Below, piece after piece: positions 1 through 13,700 of a DNA stretch of 64,000 nt. Numbering within the stretch: the stretch's first letter is position 1; each line of letters opens with the position of its first letter. This DNA comes from Antedon mediterranea (lineage: Eukaryota; Animalia; Echinodermata), in contig NC_092679.1 in NCBI RefSeq assembly GCF_964355755.1, positions 216,201-280,200 on the forward strand. The letters are read 5' to 3'. A program made the translations under genes and the position numbers. Below the pieces are notes generated by a model. That model was given only the letters and a program-made list of their open reading frames with translations. It made no database searches and was not told the origin of the DNA.

Positions 1-1169
1 TGTTCGAAGCATAACGTAAGTTTCTTTATATTAATTCATTTTTTATGAATGTAGGCCTCTGTATATAAATAAAGATAGAAGTACAATGCTGCAGGTTTAT
101 TTTACATTTTACAATGGTCAAATTAAATCGTGTTTGCTGTTTCTTTTTTTATAGACCTTAACAAAGGTAGAGTGAACATTAATGTTAACAGCGATAACAA
201 CATTCATCATGACTGTCTGGGTAATGCTTCGTTAGTAGAACGTTGATAACATTTATCAGTTTATGTACACTTAGTCTGGGCTTAAGGTCAAGTTAGTACT
301 CTATGTTTGTCTTAGCACACAGAGGCACATGTATATTTTAATGTATGTATAGACAAAATGACATACCAGGTCATGGTTCAAATCCTAACAAACCACTCCT
401 ATTAACTGCTGTACCACAGTGGTTCATCATTTGGTATTTTCGTCTTATCTATTTGTTTTGTTACCATGGTAGCCAAAATGATATTAAAAAAAGGTTGAAC
501 ACAATATGCATTACATTTATATATTACATGATTTAATGTTAAAACGTATAAGATGACATTGTTGAAAGTCAGGACCGTTCACAAAAACAACGTTTTGCTT
601 GCCACTTGACCACGGTGAGGCCGTTTACATCCGGAACTGCACGACTCCTAAACGGAAAGTGTGTCAGGGGGTTCATTTGTTGATCCTAGGTTAGAAGGTT
701 ACAGGAATAGTCTAGACGTAGAATGCAATCTAGTGTTATTTTATGTCTACTGGCTGGTCTTAACAATCCATATTATTCATAAAGATGTTTATGCAATATC
801 ACAGTGAGTTTAGGCTTACTTAAGACAATGGCTGGAGCTGGATTCTGTATTACGCAAAGCAATACATTGTTTTACAATATGCTTGTTCAAAATAAAAATA
901 TGTTGTATTTGTATTTTCAATTCGATTGGAAAGTAATGGTCACATGTATCCAAACTGTTACTTTGATTGGTCAAAATACTTGCGTGCGCGTACGCATTAG
1001 TGTTGCGTCATAAGTGGGGTCCAAACCTATAGGAAAGTGATTATGTTCAGTGACAATTTTACCTTTGTGTGTGACAATCCCATACATCACTATAATCATT
1101 AGTTAGAGTATATAAAATAATAGATAAATATTGTTTACCGAAATGTTTGTTCAGAATCTTGGTGTAACT

Positions 1170-1500
1170 GTTATAGTATAGGTTGAGTCCATTTACCAAT
1201 GTTTATACCAAACCTTGTAATATTACAAATACGTTATAGTATATGAGTCCATTTACCAATGTTCATACCAAACCTTGTAATATTACAAATACGTTGAGTC
1301 CATTTACCAATGTTCATACCAAACCTTGTAATATTACAAATACGTTGAGTCCATTTACCAATATTCATACCAAACCTTGTAATATTACAAATAGGTTGAG
1401 TCCATTTACCAATGTTCATACCGAACCTTGTAATATTACAAATACGTTGAGTCCATTTACCAATGTTCATACCACACCTTGTAATATTACAAATACGTTT
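1170..1500. repeat. 51-bp minisatellite, ~6 copies
   Basis: Unit GTTGAGTCCATTTACCAATGTTCATACCAAACCTTGTAATATTACAAATAC repeated in tandem; explains the repetitive ORFs 1234-1470(-) and 1243-1563(+). Confidence 0.95.
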
Positions 1501-4500
1501 TACAAAAAAAATGTTGTTGACACATGGTGTATTGTAATAAAAAATAATGAGTGTTTTGGTTAAAAACGTTCAGAAAGCATGTGGTAAAATTATGTTAAAA
1601 CGACAGACAATAGCAATAAAATTAGAATTTGATAGACATCGATTTTAAAAGTATGGTTTTAAAAAAAATGTTTGTAATAAATAAAAAAATATTTTGCAAT
1701 TGTTCTGGAAAATCATATTATTAAAACACAAGGACTTCTGAGTGTTTTTTAAATAAAATGTGCTTGGTGTGTTATTTTGGGTTCAAGAAAAGTCCATCAA
1801 ATATGACGCCCCGTCCTGCAGTTCTTGAACTGGCAATAGTTAAATCAACTATGTTCACTATCTAAGTAAGAAAAAAGAAGAACAGAAAAGTATGAACAAA
1901 TAAAGTTAGCAAGGACGAAGTAAATCAAGTTACGGATAGTACTAATATTTATACATAGTAACTGTATCTCGAGGAAACCAACAACATCTACACTTTTTTG
2001 TCCTGAAAAAATATAATATCCCTAACAATTAGGGACTGTAAAAACAAATCCATCAAAAGAAAAATAAAAAAAAAATGATTTTTAAAGTAAACTTCATTAA
2101 ATGGCACCCACGTATTATTCAGATGATTTTATAAGAGAAATGTAATGGTTCAACAACAGTGTCGATTTTACGTTTCTCCTAAAAACTTGGTTCGATATCG
2201 ATAATTTCCAATTTCTAACGATTGTGGAAAGGTGAGAGTTTTTAAAAAATGACAGAAACATCAATACCAATTGAAGAAGTAATTTCGTGATAAAAACAAT
2301 TTAAGGAATGTATTAATATTTACAGTACACCGAATTAGACACAATCAGAGAAATATACAAAATATTGTGTCCTTTTAACTCATCCAGATCCAATCGTTCT
2401 ATATTCTGTAGAAACTGGGGCCTAAAAGTAAAGTAAAATCAGAAAAACTCTTTATTCGACCTAGTTTATTGAGCATTTCTAATCGTTTTTAATAATTCCA
2501 ATTCTTTTGTAGAATAGTTTCTCGGTTCCGCCTTGAAAATACTTTTTTCACGAAATATGTTGTTACAATATTTAATCAAACTACTTTTATAGTTACTTGA
2601 AGACATTTCTCCCTTTAAAGAAAATGTATTCTTCTGTGTTTTCCATAAATGCATTAGGCCTACAGTTTAAATTGTGGTGCTTTTTTATATCATAGTTTTT
2701 AGGAGTTGACTTTCTGAAGAGAAGCTAATGTCGAATGACTTGTTAATCAAATTAGGCCTACATATTTAATCAATTTAACTTATGATATATAAATGTTCTC
2801 TAAGTTAGTATTAATATTGATTTAGACCAAACTTAACCATTAATCTCATATGATGCATCTTCTACAGTATTATCGTACTCTATTCAAATGGTAATGCATC
2901 GACAACAGATTTAAATAATTGTAAAACCTTAATTAATTGATATGCTTATTAACACTTAGCAGAAACCTTTAATTTTGCTTTTAATCATTAATTCAACACA
3001 AAATATAATAGCATATAAATAAGCCAATTGATTGGAGACAAAATTAAATCTACATAAAAATCTCTTCGATGCGAAATTCAATGAATATATCTTCACACGT
3101 AATTTTGTGTAATTAATTTTGGAGTGGACTTGGATGTCCAATAGTAATGAATATTGATTGGTTAAGTAAAGATACAATTTCAATAAACTTCAACATGAAT
3201 CTCATAAGAAACTGCAGTAAACCATGTATTTATGATTTGGTGTTTAAAATTCTAGTTTTGATAAAAAGGAAAATGCAATCTGCACATTTCAAATGTCTAA
3301 GTTTAAAATAATTAAAAGAATCTTAATAAGTTCTGTCTACCAACTCAAAATAACTTATGCGCATTACCTTTCACATCTGAAATTTCGGGAAAATACTCAA
3401 ATACTGTAACATAAAATGATGTTTTCATAGTAGTAAACAAAATTAGCTTCCATAATGTAAATGTTATTGTTTACAACTTGTCCCATGATTGACAAGGAGT
3501 TTGGAGAAATGATTTAATTTGAATTTACAGTAGTAAACAAAATTTTTTTTTTTGCTCGTATAGGCCCAAAAATAGGTTTCTCTATAAGTGGCGTGATGGG
3601 CAGTAAACGTCCCTCGTTGTTGCTGAGAGAGAACCAATTCTAAAGTTGTATAGTTAATAACCTTTTCGTCATTTATATTTGTCTTTGAGATTGGAAATGG
3701 AGTCCCACCCAAATTTACCCATACATGGGAAGTGGGGTCTGAGTAATTCTCTTTACAATGGCATAGCGAGGCAATCTCAAAACATTTTGTACATTAATGG
3801 GATCAGGGCACCCGAATCATCGAAGACAAGAGGTCACCTTTTTGCTTAAAAGGTTACACAATATAATTTTAACTGTTTAATATCTGGCTATCATAATCCT
3901 CGATGGGTCTTGGTAAATGAACAGGTGCCTGCGTGAGTGTTATCCAACCTAATGTTACCGCAAGAATTCGCACCCATTGTGCAATTTAAACTTACTAATT
4001 TCCTGCTTGTCGAGATGATTGTTAGAACTATTTAATTCATATTCAATTATTACATAATTTATCATTTCTAAATTATCACCGTAAGTGTATTCATCAATTA
4101 ATTTGTTCGTTTCATTATCTAGTTGACAATTACCCAGTCATTTATTTTGAAATAATTATCAATTCATCACCTATACTTCCACTAAATCATATCATTTCAG
4201 TTTACCTGTATACAATTAATCATCGCATTGTCAACGAAATATTTATTATTTGTTGCATAAGATACAGAAATAACATGATTACAATAATATTCACATTCAA
4301 CTTTTTGTTGATGTTTAGTGAACTTCTTAATTGCATTGTATGGTTCTTTTTTAATAAATTGTTTGAGATGTGTTTGAGTGGTTTCGTCTACAAAGTTTCA
4401 GTAAAAATCTGTAATACCGTTACATATCGTAGTTTAATGGTAACCAAGGTACCGGGTCATGATCTGTGAACTGAAGCCATAATTGGAGAGAACGGAGCGG

Positions 4501-4610
4501 AGTGTCCAAAATGTACTTCAGTCGCGAATTATAGTGTGTTTATGACACCATTCAAACCCGGGCGAAATACTTTCTTAATGTTTTTCGAGAAGTACCCTTA
4601 CCCAACATAA

Positions 4611-5352
4611 ATGGAAATAGATAACATGTTAGTAGGCCTATGCCGAACATGACTCATGCCTGCAAGTGTTTATATAGTTTTAGCCTTTTTAGATATAAAA
4701 GTTATGATGTCAAAGTTTATTTTCATGAGCATACTTGTTTGACTGTTATTTTCAGTATTTATTATTAGTACAGCTGCATTATAAATTGAAATTACAAATA
4801 AATTATCATTTTAATTGTGGGAGAACATGTATTGGAAGATAAATACGGTTTGTGTAGCTGATTATTTGGAAAAGATGGCAGTGATCAACAGCTTTAGAAA
4901 CAACTTTTTTTTTTTTAAATAAATGTTCTGTAGTAATTTTAACGCGAAAGTTGTCTTTATTGATATGCACAGCATATAATTTCGTTATTTAACTAATGTG
5001 GTTGGTGAAATGGTCTTGCACATTACGCAGACAAAGTGATGATCTTCTGGAGGGGATCCGAGAGTTAAATTCAATTTATGTCAGTGGACAGAATATCGTT
5101 GTTGTGGTGTATTGCTTAAATTGCTGGTTAGATTACCGAATACATTTCATAATATAGATTAAAACTATAGATTTATAATGTGTGATAGTTTGATAATTAT
5201 TTGTAATTTATTCCCAGCTCTCATAAACTGGATCCACGCTCAGTTTTTTATAATTATTTGTAATTTATTCCCAGCTCTCATAAACTGGATCCACGCTCAG
5301 TTTTTCCTGTCGAAAATCAGAATGATGCTTCGGATTTTTTTAAAAATGCCCG
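4611..5352 (+). CDS. Putative first two coding exons of the NPAS1/3-like gene (4611-4627, 5275-5352)
   Basis: ATG GAA ATA GAT AAC AT|gttagt (phase 2), then ttcccag|78-nt open exon SHKLDPRSVFPVENQNDASDFFKNA|gtaagt (phase 2-2), which joins in frame to the bHLH exon at 10763. Splice signals and phase fit, but no recognisable homology. Confidence 0.4.
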
Positions 5353-7380
5353 GTAAGTGGTTATTTCTTCAACACGTTTCACATTACATTTATTATGACC
5401 CTGCTATTGGGTAGAATTTGGTGTTTCGCTAAAAAACATTTACCATAAAAAAAAAATACTGTACATAAATTTATAGATCTATAATATGCAGAAACCGATT
5501 GTCATATACCGGTAGGGTGTTCTGATATCGGTAGAGTTTCTCTGTTTAAATATTAGAAATAAATACATATTGATAATCATAGGTATGCTGGTATTATCTG
5601 GATGAAGATAATTTTTGTTTAATGACAAATTTTCACTTTTTATAAATATAAAAACGTAGGCGGATTTATCTTGTATCAAATAGCACAATTTCCTTGGTTT
5701 ATAGCCTACTTATGACAGACAGAAATCTATTCATTTTGAAGAAGATCAATAAGAAGATCTGATTATAGTTTGAATTACTTTAGTTTGGAACAAGTAATCC
5801 ATAATATATTTAAGCCCTAAAGGTCATTGTAATCGTAGGACATATATGGGAAGATTGAACATCAAATCCGCTCTTTCCTCGGGTCAAATATTATACCAAA
5901 GCTGAATGATATCTATAGTGAAGAAACAGGTCACTACAACTTTAGTTCGATCTTCGCATATTAACTACATAGAGTAATTAGTAGTCATTAGTAGGCCACC
6001 TTCATAAATGCAGTATATAACCAGAATTATGATTATACTATCAAGATTACTATGACCCACAAATTAGTTAACCATTACTTTCTAACAAAATGACTGACAT
6101 TAACTTTCCTTCATAATTAGTCAAGCAAATTAGTCAATCCTAAAATAATACAATTACCTCAAAAACTGAATTGAATGTTGTGTGAAGCTGCTTTATACAG
6201 ACGAAGTTGAGTTGAATAATAGCATCTTCTTCTAAACTGTTTACTATTAGACAATTATATTCTGTCCATGTTTTAAATACAATCTATCGACATTAAATAC
6301 TAATATTATTGTTCATTTTAGGACGAAGTAGTAGGTCAAAATGGATATCACCAACTAGTAAATATTATGATAACTGCTAATTATTCTCTATCGTTATAAA
6401 CGTGCAAAAATTCACAAATAGCTTACATGTTTAATGCAGTATTGGCTAACAATATGTAACCTTCGATTAGATTTGCCTAGTTTAGTTTGTGTTGTGACAA
6501 ATGATGAACTTAATCAATGTTGACATTGTGTTTGTCAGGCAAAGCTTCTAAACAATTTGATTTTAAATGCAGAAGACAGAGTGCTAAGGTGGTATAACCA
6601 ACACTATTTATGTATATATTCTCGATGTTATTTAGTGTAGTTATAGAATGCTTTTTAGTGTTCTCAAACTAATTTCCATGTCATTAAAAACGTTTCTAGC
6701 ATTGGAAGATTTGCTGCTAGCATAACTGTCATGCTAGATTGCTTATAAAAAGGCTGAACGTTAAAGGATAATTTTCTTAAACTGTTTGATGATAAAAGTT
6801 AGCTTTTAAAATGTAAGTACTCTATTTATGTGAACTGAAAGGGTAACCCCTGGCAATTCAAAGTGCTATATGGAAATTTTATTCCTGTTTAAATTGCTAT
6901 TTTGCAAAATTTGTACTGAGTTATATACCTATCTTTGTATTCAAGTTGTTGATTCTTTTATTTATTCATTTGAGTATTTGTACACAATATCATCTCTCGA
7001 TAAGTCTTTGACCGTGTTGTTACACAGATTTTAAAGCTTATTATTATGTCATACCATGTTCTTCTGACGCTGTAGAGGCGCTTGCTGTTCAAACTTTCCA
7101 ATAGGTTGTTTTAATATACACACTATTCACTCTATTTTTCGGTTCAAGGTCAGGTTCCCCCTTTTAACCTAGCGGTCACATATTATATTATATTCATGAA
7201 GAATATTCACAAAATTGAAACAAAAACTATATTCGACACTCAAACGATGCAGGATCCAACGGATTGCAAGAATACAGTCCGTTCTCACGAAAACCGGACT
7301 CAACAAAAACGAAATACCGAATGTTTAGTCCCAATTTGTCTGTCATATTCTTTTAAAATAAAAGTTGACTCAAGACTCCT

Positions 7381-7590
7381 AAAGCTTGGTTCACATTAGG
7401 ACGTAAGCGAAACGCAAGTAGGTATAATTTAATCGACGACGCGATGGATCATCCGTACTGTCGCTTGTGATTGGTGAACCTCCGTTGCGCGTACGCATGA
7501 CGCGATGGATCATCCAAACTGTCGCTTGTGGTTGGTCAACCTCTGTTGCGCGTACACCAGTGCGTTTTGTCCAAGTGGAAACAAAGCTTA
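7381..7590. mobile_element. MITE family 1 copy (TIR ~AAGCTTGGTTCCCACT...AGTGGGAACCAAGCTT)
   Basis: Ends aaagcttggttcaca / gtggaaacaaagctt; internal ctgtcgcttgtgattggt and gcgcgtacgc motifs shared with copies near 950-1025, 27076-27368, 31861-32020 and 32262-32410. Confidence 0.7.
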
Positions 7591-8333
7591 CATCGTAATG
7601 ATATTAAATGCAGTCAACGCAATTGATATTCAAAAGGCACAACGATACCTGAAATGTCGGACGTGGTTCAAGTTCAAATGATTAAAGCACTCTTGTGGCG
7701 TCGACGTACATGATTCCGACCAGAAACCCGGAAATATTTGTTTTTCGTATTTTTAACGTGTTGGTCGACACGGCTACCGTCACTACACAATAATCACATT
7801 GTTTTTAGTGTGATATGTCTCGTTGGGTAGGCTCCATGACAATAAGATTTAATACGTAGCAGGCCTATTGAAAACATAAAATAACTGATAACGACTTAAA
7901 AGGAATGTATTATATATTATGGATATCAAACTTCTATCAAAAAGGTTAAAATGTGTCATTAAAAAACTTTTAGAGTGAACCGCCGCGTCTCTTTCTTGAT
8001 TGCGTAGGCCTCCTGTTACGGTACCCAAGTCTAGTAGCAGTATTTAACCAGAGTGGTCCATCCATTCGAAGCTGAGCATTAGGGACCCTCACAAAAATAC
8101 AATTTGCCAAAACAATAACATGAAATAGAACAGAAGACAGCAATTAAAAATTGTTAACGTACAACGTGATGTATTCTCGTAGAGTATAGGCCCATTGAGA
8201 TAAATTGGGGGACTTTAATGTCTTAGCACATGCTAATAGATGCACCGCCTCATTTCAATTATATCGATAGCCTATATTAAGCAAACTGACCATTAATATG
8301 TTGTTTTTGACTATACGATTACTTTTAATGTGA

Positions 8334-9399
8334 GTGATGCACCACAAGTAGGTACGGTATCCTAACAAACTAACGGTATGACTAATATCATGAGAATAAC
8401 TGTGATGCACCACGAGTAGTAGGTACGGTATCCTAACAAACAAACGGTATGACTAATATCATGAGAATAACTGTGATGCACCACGAGTAGTAGGTACGGT
8501 ATCCTAACAAACTAACGGTATGACTAATATCATGAGAATAACTGTGATGCACCACGAGTAGTAGGTACGGTATCCTAACAAACTAACGGTATGACTAATA
8601 TCATGAGAATAACTGTGATGCACCACGAGTAGTAGGTACGGTATCCTAACAAACTAACGGTATGACTAATATCATGAGAATAACTGTGATGCACCACGAG
8701 TAGTAGGTACGGTATCCTAACAAACTAACGGTATGACTAATATCATGAGAATAACTGTGATGCACCACGAGTAGTAGGTACGGTATCCTAACAAACAAAC
8801 GGTATGACTAATATCATGAGAATAACTGTGATGCACCACGAGTAGTAGGTACGGTATCCTAACAAACTAACGGTATGACTAATATCATGAGAATAACTGT
8901 GATGCACCACGAGTAGTAGGTACGGTATCCTAACAAACTAACGGTATGACTAATATCATGAGAATAACTGTGATGCACCACGAGTAGTAGGTACGGTATC
9001 CTAACAAACTAACGGTATGACTAATATCATGAGAATAACTGTGATGCACCACGAGTAGTAGGTACGGTATCCTAACAAACAAACGGTATGACTAATATCA
9101 TGAGAATAACTGTGATGCACCACGAGTAGTAGGTACGGTATCCTAACAAACTAACGGTATGACTAATATCATGAGAATAACTGTGATGCACCACGAGTAG
9201 TAGGTACGGTATCCTAACAAACTAACGGTATGACTAATATCATGAGAATAACTGTGATGCACCACGAGTAGTAGGTACGGTATCCTAACAAACTAACGGT
9301 ATGACTAATATCATGAGAATAACTGTGATGCACCACGAGTAGTAGGTACGGTATCCTAACAAACTAACGGTATGACTAATATCATGAGAATAACTGTGA
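8334..9399. repeat. 71-bp tandem repeat, ~15 near-identical copies
   Basis: Unit GTGATGCACCACGAGTAGTAGGTACGGTATCCTAACAAACTAACGGTATGACTAATATCATGAGAATAACT, period 71 (8402, 8473, ...). No unique spacers. Confidence 0.97.
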
Positions 9400-10046
9400 A
9401 TATTAGAAGTGCTTTGTTTTCGTATACATTTCTAAAAATCTCTCTGTAAATAAATAATGTTGAGGTATGTGCTTACAAATAAGCATCATGAAAGTATTCA
9501 CTCAGTAGGCCTATAGTATAAAATTGGTAGGCCTATAGCTTTAGGTTTCACACACATTATAATGGGACATATTGATACAAAATTGCTTCTAATTCTGGAT
9601 ATTTATATCAAACTCTTTAAGTTATATAAAGAGGTAAAGTAGAGGTAAAATAGTTCAAAACATCGTAGACTGTTCCAATTCCTATCAATATACTCATCAA
9701 GGTGGAACGGGCCTAGGTGTAAATGCAACGCAAAACTAGCGAGTATGAACAAACTTCACACTGCTAAAGATGAACAATATTTTTTACAGAATGTATCTTA
9801 TGATTTTTGAATAGCAGAAAAACGCATGACTATGGAAATGGAGCTATTTTTCGCTTGCGGTTGATTGATGTCACGTCAAGTGCAATATTATTACGAATAT
9901 ACATTCTATTCTACAATGTCATTCCGCAATCTGTATTTTAGAATGTTCGTTATTTTAGTGAATCTGTAGAGTTATTATGAAATTTTAAAAAATATATATT
10001 TTCTAAAATAAAAGTTCTTTTAAAAGTATTATATCTATAGTAATTA

Positions 10047-10180
10047 AAGACCTAATTGAGGTGGTGGGCCTACTACATTATTTAGTTGTGAAGACCTAAT
10101 TGAGGTGGTGGGCCTACTACATTAATCAGTTGTGATGACCTAATTGAGGTGATGGGCCTACTACATTATTTAGTTGTGAT
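10047..10180. repeat. 44-bp tandem repeat, 3 copies
   Basis: AAGACCTAATTGAGGTGGTGGGCCTACTACATTATTTAGTTGTG x3 with few mismatches. Confidence 0.9.
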
Positions 10181-10762
10181 GATAATGATTTGTCGTGATT
10201 GATTATTTCGTAATTTAGGAGATGTTTTTTGTATTTATTTGTCTATGAACAATAAAGTTCGAAATATTCTATCCAACTGACTATCTTATTCAACTATATT
10301 TCCTAATGAGACCTCACTGGTTATTAAACAGATTGAACGTAAAAAGTACCACAACTTAAGTGGATGGGGAATGTCATGATGGTGTGTAAACACTAAACTA
10401 TGAATATGGCATCATTATATTGCAATGTTTCAGTCCAATATTCTAGCTGCTTAGCAACTAGCCAGGTCAATAATTGACCCCGTTTTTATAGACATTAATG
10501 TCATTTAAGGTCAGGTATTCTTGTAACTGCCTTTGACTGCAAGCAACATTAACACAATAAACAAATTATATACTTTTTTTAGCTTACATACAACATTATT
10601 TAGTTCTTTGTGGAAAACAGTAAACTCATCATATAAAATTAAAAAATAGGTGTGGACTATTGCAACAAAAGTTAATTACTGATAAAGATATTCCTGGTAA
10701 CTTTTAAAAATTGATAAATAAATGATAAAGAATTGTAAATAAAAAGAGACATATTTTTTTAG

Positions 10763-13700
10763 AGTTGTTGCACAAAGAAAAGAGAAGTCAAGAGATGCTG
10801 CCAGAACCAGACGAGGGAAAGAGAATTATGAATTTTATGAACTTGCAAAACTTTTACCACTCCCAGCTGCAATTACAAGCCAACTTGATAAAGCTTCAAT
10901 TATACGTTTAACAATTAGTTACCTGAGAATGCGAGAACTTTGCCAGCAAGGTGACCCTCCATGGAACAGTTTTATGGAGGGTATGGTTCATAACAGGTTA
11001 TCTATATTACAAGGTATGTAACCTATACAGTTAATTCAATTCAGACTTTAATATATAACAATAAATATTTCTTACAAAAAACGCTGCTCGCTTATTGAAA
11101 AATATTTTTTATTTCAAATGTTTTTGAATGTGTCATTTTATTGTCACATAATAGTTTTACCTGAAAAAAATGTAATTTAAAGCAACAAATACTTATAAAT
11201 TGTCTGTCAGACAATGGTTTTTTGGTTTCTTTTCTCTTTTTATATGTGAATAAATATTATTTTTTTGTTACAGAAGTGAATACTCAATTTCTGTCAATTT
11301 TATTGCTAAGGTCAAGTCTGGGGGTCACTTCATCACCCTAGATATTTCAAGTGTGAAGTATCCTATTACAAACACAAACTTTAATGAACTGTTTCGATAA
11401 TAATTCAATGAATATCTGACAGTGAATATACCAGAAATGCTTTGGGATTTGTAATTTTAGCATGACATGTCTTAATAGACTCTTTTCCCAGACGTTTTTT
11501 GGGTCTACTGTAGCAGCTGGAATCAATAAATTATAGTGGAGTTTCCATTTTAGCAAAACTGTCGTCCTTAGAACTATAATTGCTGCTTGCTTTAGCTTCT
11601 GATTGAGTAGTCCTAATGGGACGTAGCGGGCTAGAGCAGCAGCGTGAAAACTGTAATACAATCTAAAGATCATCAGACTTTCAATTTCAATTAAATTCCA
11701 ATTCAATTCAACATTTATTTCGACCAAAATCAACATATATGTTTACAGATCATTTGGTCGACTCAAGTAAGTCCGTCACTGTTGCCCCTCCTCATGACAC
11801 ATCATAACACATCATAACATAACGTATGTAAACATAAAAACAATTTTATAATAATCAATTACAAAAAAAATACAAATTAACAATCAGTGACGTCACAAGT
11901 CCGTAGTCAATTAACAAAAACATAAATAAATAAATAAATACAAAGCATTCATTAACATTAATAGAATTACATTTAATTAATATACGTTGTTTGGTGTTTG
12001 CTTGTTTAACATACAATTGTTATCTTTCTTATTTTGAGGTCACTACAATCAACATAGTCCAAGTGCAACAGCTATAGCAAGAGAAGTATATGAACATCAC
12101 CTTGGTAGCCATCTTCTTCAGGTATTTATACTTTTCATATAATGTTTATGGAAGTTACAGCAATTAGAAGAATTTAGACCTACACTATCAAACTAGTTTG
12201 ATAAAAAGGTGTGATGTGCCCAAATATGGTAGTGATATGATCAAATATGATATTTTTGTTTGATAGTGAGACAGAGCTTTACTGAACATTATGGTAAATG
12301 ATAGTGGTTTCGAATCCCTTTAAAACTAGATACATTTTACATAACCAACCAATTACAATATTACCAATAGGCCTAGATCATGTGAAATTGATATGTAATT
12401 CGCAGATATGGTGAGCGAGCGATATCCTAAAACCTGTAAACTAATGTTTCATTATAGATGCGCCCAGCAGAAACACTAGAATGTATTATAACTTCATTTA
12501 TTCAAATCCCTTGTCAAACTGATTCTATTCAACCCAAGCATTGCATTTTATTCTGTCTTGTAGTTCTATTCTTGACACTTTAACTAATGTTTTTGTCTGT
12601 TTTAATTGTATTTATAGTACGATGATATTTAATACACTCTTTGAACCTTTGCAAATGTTATATATTTTCATATGTTTAATGAAAAATAAATGCTATTAAC
12701 AACTATTGTTTCACATGTCTTTTTAGTCGTTAGATGGCTTTTTGTTTGTTCTCTCAAATGATGGAAGGTTCCTGTACATATCAGAGACCGTCTCAATTTA
12801 TCTTGGACTATCCCAGGTAGGCTACGTAGGACATTCAAGGGGGATACTAATTTTAAACACATTAGTTAAATTAAATTAAAATATCATGATACTCACTTGA
12901 TTGATTTCCATTCGTGTGTCAACAGTAAAATAACATTAATGATGTTAATGATTAATGTTGTATGATTCTGAAATCCATTGTTACTGTATTTTATTGGTTT
13001 TTTTTTTATTGTCTTTGAATTGAATGTTAATTGATGTCAAGCTTGTAATTGATTTATTGATTATTGATTGGTCTACTCGTATTTATCTAATAATAATTGA
13101 TACTTATTGTCACTTGATTATCATTCGTTGGGTGGTGTACTTTGATTGACATTTAATTGATCTGATGTTAATTGATATTGATGCTGAGGATAAGCTTTTA
13201 CCCACCACCACACATCGCTTTAGTCAGAATAAAGTAGGCCTAGTTTATGATCTGTTAATACTTAGGTATTAATGAGTTTACTGTAATTTTTATTTCATTC
13301 CTTTCAAACCGAGGTGCTGTTAAAATTATTATGTAGGTGTAACCTTTGATTAATGGCCCGTTACGTTACGTTACGTTACGTTACGTTCGAACAGAATGTA
13401 TCCCGTTAATCGAGTTAAAATAATCGTTGTAGTCAACATTACTAATAATTATTATATGCATTGGCACTTGGAAGCCCCCTATGATTTCCCTCCTTCTGGC
13501 GGCGTAAAAAAGCAATTTTGTTATAACACGCGATACACGCACGTGATACATGGACGCGATACACGCGACTAAATCAACTCGTGTCGCTTGTTCTTATCAC
13601 AGTTGGTCCATCTACGTCACTAAATTACTAAAAAGATTTTTTATAAGATGAATATTTTTAATTCATAGGCCTATTACTTTTTGTTATCAAGGGATTGATT

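Noticed and set aside
1234-1563. Overlapping repetitive ORFs on both strands
   Set aside because: Product of a 51-bp (17-codon) minisatellite lacking stops in those frames; no splice or homology support.
8334-9399. CRISPR-like regular array
   Set aside because: Units are contiguous and near-identical with no unique spacers; no cas genes; eukaryotic context.
11347-11960. 129-aa minus-strand ORF and possible LINE 3' end near (TTCAA)n
   Set aside because: No recognisable domain or RT motif; too decayed to call.
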